Assembly (NCBI GenBank): GCA_051362555.1 | Contig: CM120641.1 | Span: forward strand, 13,206,001 to 13,270,000 | Source of the DNA: Lingula anatina | Lineage: Eukaryota > Animalia > Brachiopoda | DNA length: 64,000 bases | Direction of reading: 5' to 3' | Shown here: positions 1-12,431 of the stretch, in pieces | How the letters are laid out: every line of letters begins with the position of its first letter | Numbering within the stretch: the first letter of the stretch is position 1 | Notes under the pieces: generated by a model | Told to the model about the DNA's origin: nothing | Databases searched by the model: none | Seen by the model: only the letters and a program-made list of their open reading frames with translations | Made by a program: the position numbers and the translations under genes

Positions 1-202
1 TAGGAATATGAAAGTGTGGTAGGGGCATAGTAGCAGATGTAGGTTACTAGTGTGAACCCTTATAGGACCAGTCTTCCAATGCTTCTGACTCAGTTTACAT
101 GCATGACGGTCCATAGGAATATGAAAGTGTGGAAGGGCATATTAGTAGATGTAGGTTACTAGTGTGAACCCTTATAGCACCAGTCTTCCAATGCTTCTGA
201 CT
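1..202. repeat. Tandem repeat, ~113-bp unit, ~1.8 copies visible (may continue left of the window)
   Basis: TAGGAATATGAAAGTGTGG...CCAGTCTTCCAATGCTTCTGACTC starts at 1 and again at 114, with few substitutions. Confidence 0.85.
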
Positions 203-1269
203 CCCCTCACCACAGTTAGCAACTGCACACATAACTACAAACAGATGTGGTAGGAGCTACCTGGTAGATTTTGTAAGCTGGGTAAGTGAATACTCCTCAT
301 GGCTTCATTCTGGATTGTCCCACAGAGACAATGATGCCGGAAATCTCATGAATTTTTACCTTTCAAAGTCCATATTGCACTAATTTCTTGGTGTAATCCT
401 CAGAATACATCGTTTTTTGAAGTTTTGTATGTATTAACTGTCTGGAGGATTTTAATTCTTTTATTTTCATGTTCAGTTTTTTGAAAGTATAAGTTTGTAA
501 CTAAACAAGTTGCCAAATGATCAAATGAAAACCAAAGTTTGGCGCCTATCAGTGCTTCTTTTTTAGTGCACGAAGTGTGAAGTCTGCAATGCAACTCTTG
601 GATACAGCACATATCAACACCTGCCCTCTGTTTGGGGTACAGGTATTTCTTTGCTCATAAATTTTCACTAAATTCTCAGTAGCCATTACTGCGAATGTAC
701 TAAAGCCAATTTTTTAAATAAGAATCTTTTCTAATTTACTTTTGAAGCACAAGATAACATCATAACATTATCGAGTGCAAATGTGCCCCGCTTTTAGTAC
801 TTTACCAATGAAAGACACCAAATTGTTGAGACCTGTATGTTTGATTAGCTGTCATTTTTGTTATATTTATTAGCATTTGATGAAGCGCCATGCTCTGATC
901 TAGCTGAAGAATCATAACCAACAGACAAAATTGGTACACCCCAAGTTTTTTATATTTGCCTCTTTAAGGCTAAGTTATTCTGGTGTTTCTTTCACATTTT
1001 ATGGATTTTGCACGATACTTTTTTTCTTAGAAAGGGGGCGTCTCTCATGAGTGCCATATAAGAAGATTGCTAACTGGGAATTGATCTAAATGAGAATCCA
1101 GAGCAAAAGTCAAACTACTTTTGTTGGTTTATCAAAAGAAAGACTGTTTTCAGTACATAATAAATGTATCATGCTTGATGTTTTTTTTAAAAATCTGTAG
1201 TATAGCTCCTGCACAGGTAGGAATATGCTGATCATACAGGTAGTTTGCAAAGCCCAAATGCCTATTCAC

Positions 1270-1922
1270 GAGTGATTACAATTCAATAGTTGTGGTCTGC
1301 TGACTTTTGGAAGCCATTTTGGAATTTTAAAATCTTAAGTGGCAGATACTGATACTTCTTACATACAATGGTATTTTCTAACCATTAAATGATATTTTTA
1401 TAAAAGACTATACAAATAACTTTCACCTTGAAAGGGTATTTTGGGGGCAATATTGAAATTGGCTGCCATATTGGAATTTTCAGACATGCCCCTATATCCA
1501 ACGTTGCTTAGAATCATGTTCTACATAACTGTGCCAATTTTTATGCTTGTAATTGTAAGTGCTTGATGATTTTACAAAACTGCTGCATATTTTGCGTAAG
1601 TAAACTGCTTATTTTACTTTTGGAGGCCATTTTGGAATTCTATACACCTGTAGAAGCGGATATTGATAATTCATTCAAAGCATGATATTTTCCAGCTATA
1701 AAATGATATTCTAAACCATTTTAGGACTATATATTAGATGTTTTAATTTAAAAGAGTATTTGTGGCGGCCATATTGGATTTGGCGGCCATACTGGAATTT
1801 TCAGACATGCCCATATATCCAAAAAAGCTTAGAATTCCATTATCTACAACTGTGGCAAATTTCATGCTTGTAGGTAAAAAACGCACAATTCACCCTTTTT
1901 TCTGCACCAATTTCTTGGACTA
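1270..1922. mobile_element. Probable terminus of a DNA transposon (Academ-like) with a ~320-bp internal subterminal duplication
   Basis: Two diverged copies of ACTTTTGGARGCCATTTTGGAATT (~1303, ~1616) and of GGCNGCCATAYTGGAATTTTCAGACATGCCC (~1461, ~1782). Ends TTTCTTGGACTA, which is a TAG terminus on the - strand as in Academ TIRs. Superfamily assignment is inference, and the partner end is not in the window. Confidence 0.4.
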
Positions 1923-1949
1923 TTTATACTGCATATTGTATTGTGACAG

Positions 1950-2410
1950 GCTAAGTAGTTCAGCTGCCAAGTGATCTGGGTAACAATAGAATATCGCTGT
2001 CTTCTTCCTTCTTTTATTGATGATCTTCAAGTAGTCTTATAGTTTTGAACAAACCTGTGCTCTTTATTCGAAAACTGGTGCAAGGCATTTGACACTTGGT
2101 ATCAGCTGAAAAGGCAAGCTATTGATTTCTTTGTGTAAATTTTCGAGTGTAATACTAGGTGTTTGTCTGGATATATTGAGAAAATGTTAATATAATAAGT
2201 TGTCAGTGCACTTTCCAAAGTTTTAGATTAGTTTTAGCTGTTGGGTCCGAAACTGATCGACCTTCAGTGAAGAGCAACATGACTATAGAAAGAAGTGTAG
2301 TATTTTTAGGGTCTTGTAGTACAATCACAGCATGTGGGTATTTTTCTTCGATTAATTTTTTTATTGTTCATTAGCTTGTTACTGCAAGATGTTGACTGTA
2401 TTGGTTCCAA
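1950..2410 (-). pseudogene. Possible heavily decayed LINE (endonuclease/RT) fragments
   Basis: Short minus-strand peptides IEEKYPHAVIVLQD, EGRSVSDPTAKTN and FSADTK resemble LINE ORF2 motifs (GDFN, DPxxKA, FADD) but are broken by stops and deletions. Confidence 0.25.
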
Positions 2411-2466
2411 TCTGCTGGTCTTCATCTGTGGTAATAAAGTGCATTCGTCATGTGAATACTTTTATA

Positions 2467-2686
2467 CCCCGTTCCCATACCAAGATCGACCTAGCAAGAT
2501 CGACCCATCTCCGATTGTTTCTCGCTCAATTACATTCAGTTTAAGGGTGCACAGAAGTTAATTACCCCCTAGCAGCTTCAGTGGGCTTGGCAGACATTTA
2601 AATCGCTTAAACTGAATGCAATTAAGCGAAAATCCCACCGGAGTTAGATCGATCCAGCTAGTATGATAGGTTTATGGGAACCCAGT
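2467..2686. mobile_element. MITE (PIF/Harbinger-like), same family as 5813-6027
   Basis: Inverted ends GTTCCCATA...TATGGGAAC, internal AGATCGA repeats, and a core GAAGTTAATTACCCCCT...GACATTTAA shared with 5813-6027. Confidence 0.65.
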
Positions 2687-5213
2687 CTAATACACGATGA
2701 TGTATAACCACCCCAGGTCAATACCAGGAATACAGTCCGAAGGGTTTTCCCTCGAGTTCCTAGGGAGCGTTATCAGTTTATCTGCAACCTGCTGTTACCA
2801 ATACTACATGCGCTTTGCCTTTCGGCAGTCTTTAAAGGGTTACAAAGAAACCAGTGTGGTCTAGGAGGTCCGTAATGTGCTGGCATACGTCTTGCTTTTA
2901 AAGGGTTAACGTAAAAATAGGCAGGTGTACACGAGTGTATTTTGGGGGAAATGTAATTTATATAAGAGACCAAAAGTTCACTGAAAGTTCTGCTGCGTCC
3001 CGGTGCGCACTACCGGAGCCCGCAGGTTCAGGTGCTTTATTAAGATAGCTTCAAAGGGAGCATCTAATGGTATTTCCGTGGCAACAAAGGACTGTAGATA
3101 ATGGTGGAAAGATGAGTCGTACATAAACTGGTAAATGTCAGGTAGCATCTTATTCTGTACATATATTTATAGAGACACAATAGAAGCGAAGGTAACTACA
3201 AGCTAAATAGAGCACTAATTTAACAAGAAGGTATGTATCTTTTTTTCAAGGGCCATGCGACAGGTGTGATTGATTCCTTTGGTCTCGTATTGAGTAAAGA
3301 GTTGTAATGAATTCGTCTTCATAAATATGAAGAAAAAAGCATTTTCAGTTTATTTCACCTTTGCGGTGTTTGTCGAAAAAGATGTATTTTAATCATGTGG
3401 AGATGTTCTGAACCTTCATTTTTAATACTGTTTCAGAAGTCGATGGAAAGTTTTTATATACAGGCACTTAAGTGTCTATCTGATATCTTTTTGACACCTG
3501 ACGTCGTCGAGTGTACTAAATACCCTTGGTTTATGTAAAAATGGCGTTACCTATCGGTGTTGCCTTAAAGGTAGGTACCTTTAGGACGTTTCAAACAGAA
3601 TCCAAATGAAATATAAACGGGTCTTTTTATTGAGAAGGCCTACAAAATGGTGTCTGGATTTTATTTTTTAAATTGACAGATTTTACCAGCAAAAGTGTGA
3701 AATCAACCTTTTCAATGTTTTTCCTGTCTTTTGGGAGGATATCCCTGAAGCGTTTAATCAAAAATAGACACCATATTGTTCTTCACATTCTCCGCCTTCT
3801 ATACACACTTGAGGGAAATTTAAATTTTTGTTCTCAAATGGTTAACAAATTACGCTTATAACCATTGTTGTTCCTTTTCCAAAGGATAAGTACCCCCTAA
3901 AGCTTTGGCGTCACTTCCAATGATATACCAGATGTAAACACCTTTCCTCCATGTCATTCACAAAGCTGAAAAGAGAATTTCATTTTAATATTTCTGTTTG
4001 CGACAGATTTTATACTAGCGTGAATAAATCATTGGGTTATTCATTTCATAATATGTCTTTTTAAACTAGATGGTATATATATATAGATGCAAATATATAT
4101 GAGAATAAAACAGGTCCACGCTTCGGCGGACTGGCAGGATAGAAATAGGTCATATTGCTGATAAATAGTACTGGAATATATAACATCTCTGGCCTGGTTT
4201 TCATTTTAAAGCCAGTCATAAGTTATTGAGTACCAGCGTGCGGATGCACCTGGAAAAATGCGGTATTTTATTAATATGAACGTTGGCCTAATTTCAAACT
4301 GCATTAGTTTTCGCTACACAAAGTTTCACCTTAAAGAGATAGACAACCGGGTCGAGGAAAGCAAGTGGGAAAAAAGATTGTCGGCCAGATCTTTTTATAG
4401 GAATCTCGCGTATTAATGAGTATGTTATTTTCATATTTATCGTTGACATACGTCTATTTGATGCGTGGAAGGGTGTTTTTATCCTTGTGTTCTGTTACTT
4501 ATGTAAAATAGAAGTACGTAAGCCAACTTCGAGTAGGGCCAGCTTATACGTAATATCTGCTTGGACAGTTTGTACTGCTTACCGACGTACGTGTTAGGTC
4601 TTAGATCGAATGCTTAATTCTATTCTCTTTACGCTCAGTGTATAGGCCTAGCTATATTGTATATATAGAATTATGAATGCGGTCTTGTTGTTTGATTTCA
4701 TACAGGTACGGACGCAGAGGCTGGCAGTACTAAAACTAAATCAACGAAAAATTACTTTTTAGTTTTAGTGAAAATTGTGAATATTATTCTTGTCTTATTA
4801 TGTAACCTGCAGTGATGATTTATGTACATCTATAGGCCTATCTTAAATGTAGCCCTTGTTATTCTCCGTGATGCAAACCTGTTGGCATTGTTGCATGATT
4901 TCTAGTATCTCTATTATTTACTGTCAAGTACTTTTATGTGCATACTCCTGGGGTTTTTATCATCAATGACTGTTACTTAGATAACATATTTATTTGTTTA
5001 TTGTTATTGTAATTTTTATATCAGATGCACCAGTTGTATACTGTATATGCAAGTATAGTTATTGTAAAAAGATACCTTTTACTACAAAATGTTTCAACTT
5101 CGTATTCAGGACAGGTTTGTGCTCTATTTGTGCATTTCATTTGAAATTCAAAGCAATGACATTCACTGCATTCACTTTTCAGAATCCCATTTAACAGAGA
5201 CGCTGGTGTCACG

Positions 5214-8200
5214 ATGAACCCACAGGATGAGGAGCCATCAATCTCGAACAGTGCCGGTCCACCGCTAGTGCCTTCACTGCATGCTTCAGAACCTATGGTG
5301 AGAGGAGGCAAGCGAAATTGGCCTTCAAGCTATGACAAAGCGTATGACAAACAGGCATTTTGTTCAAGGTGCCAGGCTTACTCGGTCACAATTGAAAAAG
5401 ATACACCCGGACGAGAAAAAGAAAGGAAGGTCAGGCAGTGTCTGATTGTTTGCGCCGCTTTTGCCAGTCATTTTTGGGTTTGTGCCTTTGCCTATTCAAT
5501 TGGTGTATACTTCGAGGAATTTCTCCATGTTTTCAAACAAAGTGCAGGCGCCACTGCATGGGTGGGGTCACTGAATTTCGGAATACTCTGTTTGTCAGGT
5601 AACAAATACTGACATTTCTATAATTATGGAAAAATAAATATATAAGTATATGTAATGATTAAACAGCGACTACAGATGCTGTAGTAATTCAGATGTTAGC
5701 ACGCTGCATTGATGGCGAGATTTGATTAGTTGCAGAAAAAGAAGTTACAACCACTTGATTACTTAGGAAACAATATTTTCAAGGAATAACAACTGTTCGT
5801 ATGAGATTCTTAGAGGGTATTTCCAGAGATTTAGATCGATCTCACTAGATCGACCTAACTCAATGGGGGTTCGCGCTAAATTGCAGTCAGCCGACCGTGC
5901 ACGGAAGTTAATTACCCCCTTACAGCTTGTAGTAGGCGGGACGGACATTTAAGCCAGATTATCTGACTGTAATCTAGTGAGACTACCCACGGAGATAGAT
6001 CGATCTAAAATCTATGGGAATGCACCCTTATTTCACAATTAATATATTGTTAACAACTCGTAGAAATATAATGAATTTCATTTTCCCACCACAACGGCGA
6101 CTATTGCAATTATTCTGGAATCTGTGCTTGCCATCAGACCACATGGACATTCATAGATAGATTCATATATTCATGTATACCTCCATAAAATCTCTCAAGA
6201 GATTTTTACAAAAACCAAACATTTTAGAATAGAAAAATCATGGGCTTACTTTGAATGTCGAAATGGATTCATCAACCACTGGTTATTTGGGAAAATCGCC
6301 GTTTACTCCAGGCAATACCGGCTTTTTAAAACAAACAGTTGTTATCCCTTTAAACCAATATTCATAATCAATTATTCGCGCGTCCCTTTTTTTTAGAATT
6401 TTGTACATGTATTATGCATTACGAATATTATTTTTTAAATATTACTTTATTGTATAAAAGTCAATATTTAATCTGTAATGTTCAATGTCACTAGATACCT
6501 CAGTGATATACTGTATGCCAACAGCTGCGGCGGAAGAGTTCTAACTATTTACACTCTTGCTCAAAATGATGGACTTTTCTTAAAGAATATTGCCTGTACG
6601 ATTTCAGTAAGTTGACTCTAGGACAGAATTTGACTTATTGTTTTATTATAATATCATGCCCCACTTTCAAGTTATTATACATACTTTTTTTTCGTTTGGG
6701 TACTTTCTGGTGATTAAAAAAATTGATAAATTATCGGTAATTTACAGAGAAAAGCAAATGTTATGTTCAAAATAGCAAGAAAAGCAGAGTCCCCCAAAGG
6801 CAATATTATAACCATTAAGAATTTAATCGCTGAGTCATTATGTAAGATAGTTGCCAAAAACCCGGATGACGTAATCTTGTTTTTGAGGTACTTAGTTTAT
6901 GCAGTTTGTTTGCTCAGATAAACTCACCCCTCGACAACAACGCCTTGTCCGCCAAACCTCTCTCCTCCTTACTGCACGGTCAGAAGCATCCCAACAGTGC
7001 TCAATGGGACTCATATGAGGAGAAAAAAAGCACCAGTCCACTTGTTCAATTTCCTTGTCATTGGTGACTTGTTGTGTTTTGCAAGCACGATGAGATGGAA
7101 CATTGTTATATTGGAACAGAAAGGTACCACCAAAATGGGCTCTAGCAAATGGCACCATTTCTGTTGTCAGAACTGCCATGTGCATGTAGGCGTCAGCAGC
7201 TACGCCGTCTTTGAAGAACATCAGATTGGTTTGACCCTCATAAGGAATGGCAGCCCAAAGGTGGACAGAACCATCAGCGTGGACAGCAGTTCCCACAGTT
7301 TAACCGTCTTCAGCTAATTTTTACCAAACTTGAGTCTGTTAACAATGCCATGATGAAGAAAACCTCACTTTATCAGAAAACCAGACTTGTCTCCGCAGAT
7401 GCATTACTCGGCAATGTAGTTGTCGGGTGCTTTTCTAGCGACTGTTCTTCCTCTGTTGGTCCAAAAAGAGTTTTTAGTACTGCTGTTGACTTATAATCTG
7501 GAAATTGTTATTTTTTGTGTGTGTCTGTTTGTGCGTTTTTGCCAGTGTCCCTCAGAGAAGTTGCTTACAATTTTCTCTCTAACATCTGGTAGGGTATACG
7601 GCCCTTCCAAATTGAAGTTTTACGGTGACGATACCTGGTCGCTTGTATTGCTTTGTGCAGTTTTTCAGGCAGTTCCTTGATTGATTCCAGCGCAAACATC
7701 CCTTCTGTTTATGTGCAAAACACCAAATCCACAAAAGTTACCAAGTTCCACTTTAAGTGGAAGCATTGGTACCCTTCAAATGTGCAAAAAATATTGACTT
7801 GCTTGCAACAGCAAACACCTGCGACTACGTCATGAGTAAAAAACACATAGAACTTTGAAATGAAAATTTATGTATATCTTCTAAAATTTTTCATCATTTT
7901 TAGCAAGAGTGCAGTTACTTATATGAAAATGAATGTCTTCACTTTAGCTGCTCGGCACAATCACAAAATATTTTTCAAATGTAATTTGATGAATTTATGC
8001 TCGAGCCTTGCATTTCTCAGGCCCAGTCAGCAGCATCGTGTCAGATCGTTTCAGTTGCCGAGCTGTTGTTATGGTTGGTGGTCTCATTGCCTGCGCAGGT
8101 CTTGTTCTCAGCGTTTTTGCTACCAGTATTTCATACCTCTATGTTACATTTGGCATATTAACAGGTATCTATTGCGTGGTCGTGGGCAACGTGTCGTTTC

Positions 8201-10015
8201 TTTTACCCCATGTTGTGATACACAATACTCATTCGAGCATTTGATTTAAATATAAGGTAAAATGAAATATGTCTTTTGTCCGCTTCAGTGAGTAAAGCTT
8301 AATGTTCAGTTAGATATCCTCTTTAAGTCTTTAAGCGCATTAAAGAAGCATTATTTTTAATGTGTACAGAAATATGATAAGATATTGTCGTTTGGCTTTG
8401 TTTTAGGGTTTGGCTTTGGGCTCAGCTTCAACACCACCGTGTTCGTTGTGGGTCTTGCCTTTGATCGCCACAGGAGCCTAGCTATGGGGATAAGTATCTC
8501 GGGAGTAGGAGCTGGGATGATAGTGCAACCATACCTGATCGAGTATCTGATTCACTTTTATGGTTGGAGAGGATCCATGCTGATCCAGGCAGGACTGATG
8601 CTACAGAGCGTTGTTTGTGGTGCCCTCATGAAACTTCCTACTGCCAAACATATAACATGCCTGCCAGAATGTGAAAAGGCTTCAAATATAAAACCCAAAA
8701 TCCTAGACTTGGGCATATTTGTCAATTTCAATTATGTTGCTCTCACTGCCAATATTTTTCTCTTCTGTTTGGGGATGTCTGTGGTTCTTGTTCATTTACC
8801 ACACGTTGCAGACACCTTGTCCTTTTCACACGACCAGAGTGCCCTTCTCATCTCCATTATTGGAATCACCAACACTATAGGACGCACTTTATCAGGTGTG
8901 GTAGGCAATTTACATTTCGTCAACGTCACCCTGTTATACGGACTGTCCTATGTGATTGCTGGTTTGGCTACATTATTTTATCCAGCTTCCAGTCACTATG
9001 CAATAATGGTTATTTGCTCTGTTATCTATGGATTATTCACTGCTCCATTTGGATCTTTGTTGCCCGATGTTCTAGTACGCATTGTTGGAAAACATAGAAT
9101 GACTGCTGGCTACGGGATGCTGATGGTGCTTGGAGGCATTGGGACAATACTGGGGGCTCCTGTAGCAGGTTTGTTTTAAATTTTACAAGATTTTGATTTC
9201 ATGCACTCCCATAGTCCATTAAAGTCAAGCAATTGTATAACATGAATGTAGGAAGTTACCTTTCCTATTGACGAGTCATTAACAACCTATTTGGTCCGCG
9301 AACTAAGAGCGCATTCAGAACAAGTTGATCCGCGAACTTACAGATCCGCGGATCAAATATGGCCGACCCACTTAAGATTATAATCCCCTGATCGTTCTCA
9401 CGCGCCGTCCCTGCAGAGGCCTAGCAATTAAAACTCGGAGCCGAAATTTTATCCGTTAAATGGAGATTAAGCGGCTTCCTTTTATGAAAGGTCGGTCATA
9501 TTTAGTCCGCGGATCATCTGTTCTGAATGCCCTCTAACAGATGAGCTGATCAAATATGGCCGACCCACTTGAAATCTTACCGCATAATGCTTGCTGGGAA
9601 TCTATTCAGTGTCTATTTGGGGATTTAGCGGCAAGCTTCCAAGTGGGTTGGCAAGAATTAATTTGCGGTTCTGTTAGTCCGCGGATCAACTTGTTCCAAA
9701 TACACCACTAATGAGTTAATTTCTTTGAACGTTTAAGTTTCGAGAAAATGCTTAAAAGATCGCTCAAAATTAAGCAATAATTACCGTATAAGTTTATATT
9801 TATTTATTGGAGGATGGCTATACGACGGTCTACACGACTACCAGCCATCTTTTTACCTGGGTGGTGGGTCCCTTACACTCAGTGGACTGATCATGTTTAT
9901 TCCATGGAAATTTGAGGATCATTCAACAAAAAGTACTGAGAAAACCACGGGAGATGAAAAGACTATCCTTGCGACACCGACAGAGAAGGTCTGTGCAGAT
10001 GATGAGGTCGTGTAA
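5214..10015 (+). CDS. SLC16/monocarboxylate-transporter family MFS protein, tandem copy 1 (~497 aa)
   Basis: Exons 5214-5598, 8021-8164, 8407-9168, 9813-10015; all introns phase 1, GT-AG; total 1494 nt in frame to TAA. MCT-type motifs: GVYFEEF, TAWVGSL, DRFSCR, FDRHRSLAMGI, YGWRGSMLI, GAPVAGWLYD. Confidence 0.92.
5782..6349. mobile_element. MITE with AGGRATAACAACTGTT TIRs and TTAA target (Kolobok-like), carrying a nested MITE
   Basis: Left AGGAATAACAACTGTT, right AACAGTTGTTATCCCT followed by TTAA. Internal sequence is homologous to 30088-30340. Confidence 0.65.
5813..6027. mobile_element. PIF/Harbinger-type MITE nested in the Kolobok-like MITE
   Basis: ~30-bp imperfect TIRs GAGGGTATTTCCAGAGATTTAGATCGATCT / AGATCGATCTAAAATCTATGGGAATGCACCC, flanked by TTA on both sides (3-bp TSD). 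Confidence 0.75.
6552..7911 (-). mobile_element. Tc1/mariner transposon with both TIRs and a decayed transposase, in intron 1 of MCT copy 1
   Basis: TIRs CACTCTTGCTCAAAATGATG / CATCATTTTTAGCAAGAGTG, with TA on the left. ORF 6892-7296(-) carries degenerate DDE-domain motifs FLFQYNNVPSHRA and WCFFSPHMSPIEHCW. Confidence 0.88.
9273..9707. mobile_element. Composite PIF/Harbinger-type MITE: inner element 9307-9534 inserted in the left TIR of a related element
   Basis: Inner TIRs GAGCGCATTCAGAAC...GTTCTGAATGCCCTC with TAA TSD (9304-9306, 9535-9537). The outer element ends CGCGGATCAACTTGTTCCAAATACACC. Confidence 0.8.
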
Positions 10016-10201
10016 GTAGAAATTTGTATGGTGTTTTGTTTACTTTTGTATTGTCTTTTATTTGATTTAAGTTCATCGTTTTCATTATTATTTGGGCGTA
10101 TTCTAAAACGCTTCATAATGACAATAAATAATTCATAAATTTGCTTTCATTACTACATTAAAAAATGTATAGATATTGAATACTTTAATGCAGCAACACA
10201 T

Positions 10202-12431
10202 TTTTATGTACAGACACAGATGTGTCTGTACATATTGCCATCACCTGCGTCTGTCGTCGCCGATGCCGATGGCGATGCCGATGCCGATGCCGATGCCGTC
10301 GCCGTGCACTTTCCTTGTAAACACGATAAGTGGAAGGCAGTTTTACTTTATGGCTTTATATTTACAGAGCTGATGAATATTCATAAAACGCAGGTCAAGT
10401 TCGAAAATCAGCATGATCGGGCCATTATTGTAGAAGTTATGCTGTTTTTTCACTTTTCAGCATATTTTTCACATTTCCTCAGATTCAATTCTTAGGCATG
10501 TTAACAGTCTCATTATTAAACTAATAAGATACGTAAAAGTTTTTGTTTGACATTTCCTGCATCTTTACAACATTGTTAGTTGATTTTGTAAAAATGATGG
10601 TAAACTTGTTATCGTGTATTGTGTAATAAAGTGTCAAAAATGGAAATAAACTCATATCATTGCAGTTTGTCAGATTCAATCATTCACTATGTTCAGAATC
10701 TCAGAATGGAAGAAATTGGACATTTAACACTGCTTTATTGATATTTTTCCCATCTCATCAATTTTCTTAGTTGATCATATAAAAATGGCAGTAAACTGTT
10801 AATTTTGTTTTATGTTAAAAATTGTTAAAAATGGAAAAAAAAAACATTTCAGAACAGTGCTGTCTTGTTTACATTTTGGCATTTTCAAGTTGTGACTTAG
10901 AGGTTCCATGGGCCTGAAGACCTTTGCTAGTCACATTTTCTGAATATCCATGATACTAATATTTTGTTATTAAAAATTGATGGTCATTATGCTGTTAAAC
11001 ATTATGTAATATTGCATCAAAATTTGAAAAAAACCTATTTTGGGCACTGCTCCCATGATGACCATTTAAGAAAAACCATGTCACTTACTGTTCTCAAACA
11101 GTACAGTAAATATATATATAGATGTGTCTGTACATATTGCCATCACCTGCGTCTGTCGTCGCCGTCATCGGCGTCGCCGGTGCCGTGCACTTTCATTGTA
11201 AACACGATAAGTGGAAGGCAGTTTTACTTTTGGGCTTTATATTTACAGAGCTGATGAATATTCATAAAACGCAGGTCAAGTTCGAAAATCAGCATGATCG
11301 GGCCATTATTGTAGAAGTTATGCTTTTTTTTCACTTTTCAGCATATATGCAACACTGTAAACACATTCCAAGGAAAACCGATAGGCCTGTTGTCATGAAA
11401 CTCACAGGAGTAATCTATCTTACTAAAACGCAGGTCAAGTTCGAAAATCAGCATGATCGGGCCACTATTTTAGTAGTTATGCTGTTTTTTCATTTTTCAG
11501 CATATATGCAACACTGTAAACACAATATAAGAAAAACAGATAGGCCAATTGTCATTAAACTCACAGGAGTGGTCAATCTTACTAAAACGCAGGTTGAGTT
11601 CGAAAATCAGCATAATCGGGCCATTATTTTAGAAGTTATGCTGTTTTTTCACATTTTTGCATCTTTACAACATTGTAAGTTGATTATGTAAAAATGATGG
11701 TAAACTTGTTATCATGTATTGTGTAATAAAGTGTCAAAAATGGAAATAAACTCATATCATTGCTGTTTGTCAGATTCAATCATTAACTATGTTCAGAATC
11801 TCAGAATGGAGGAAATTGGACATTTAACACTATTCTATTGATATTTTTCCCATCTCATCAATTTTCTTAGTTGATCATATAAAAATTGCAGTAAACTGTT
11901 TATTTTGTTTTATGTTAAAAAATTGTTAAAAATGAAAAAAAAAAAATTTCAGAACAGTGCTGTCTTTGTTTACATTTTGGCATTTTCAAGTTGTGACTTT
12001 GAAGTTCCATGGGCCTGAAGACCTTTGCTAGTCACATTTTCTGAATATCCATGATACTAATATTTTATTATTAAAATTGATGGTCATTATGCTGTTAAAC
12101 ATTATGTAATATTGCATCAAAATTAAAAAAAAAAACTATTTTGGGCACTGCTCCCATGATGACCATTTAAGAAAAACCATGTCACTTACTGTTCTCAAAC
12201 TTACAGGAAAGAAACATGGGACTAAAATACAGCTTCAGTAGGCAATGCAGTCTGTTTGATAATTCTTACTGCCAGATAAACGGTTTCACATATTGGCATT
12301 TTCAAAGTGTGACTTTGAAGTTCCACGGTCTTGTTTATTATTGCATCAAAATTGGCAAAATGACCTCTTTTGCATCCTTTTTTCTGTTATTTTGTCTGTA
12401 CATTTGACAGCTTTGCTGCCTTGTCATTATT
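10202..12431 (+). mobile_element. Non-autonomous Helentron/HINE (DINE-1/pearl-like) element, internally duplicated, with 159-bp core tandem repeats
   Basis: 5' hairpin ATGTACAGACAC-AGAT-GTGTCTGTACAT after a T-run; (GCCGAT)n microsatellite; core repeats GCAGGTYRAGTTCGAAAATCAGCAT at 11271, 11430, 11589; 3' subTIR TGTCTGTACAT (12393-12403) followed by a TGACA...TGTCA stem-loop. Absent from the homologous region of copy 2. Confidence 0.8.

Noticed and set aside
2240-2275. Hammerhead-ribozyme-like words (GAAAC, CTGA), also CTGATGA at ~37234 and ~46326
   Set aside because: The core elements are not in the required order and strand with pairing stems.
3565-3900. Possible TTAA-flanked MITE
   Set aside because: The inverted ends are too degenerate and there is no second copy in the window to confirm it.
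11260-11650. Regularly spaced repeats resembling a CRISPR array
   Set aside because: The intervening sequences are themselves near-identical (tandem units, not unique spacers), the context is eukaryotic and there are no cas genes.
11122-11691. 189-aa repetitive ORF, and the similar ORFs at 10176-10495 and 10964-11254
   Set aside because: They lie inside the Helentron-type element. The 159-bp unit is a multiple of 3, which keeps the frame open by chance.
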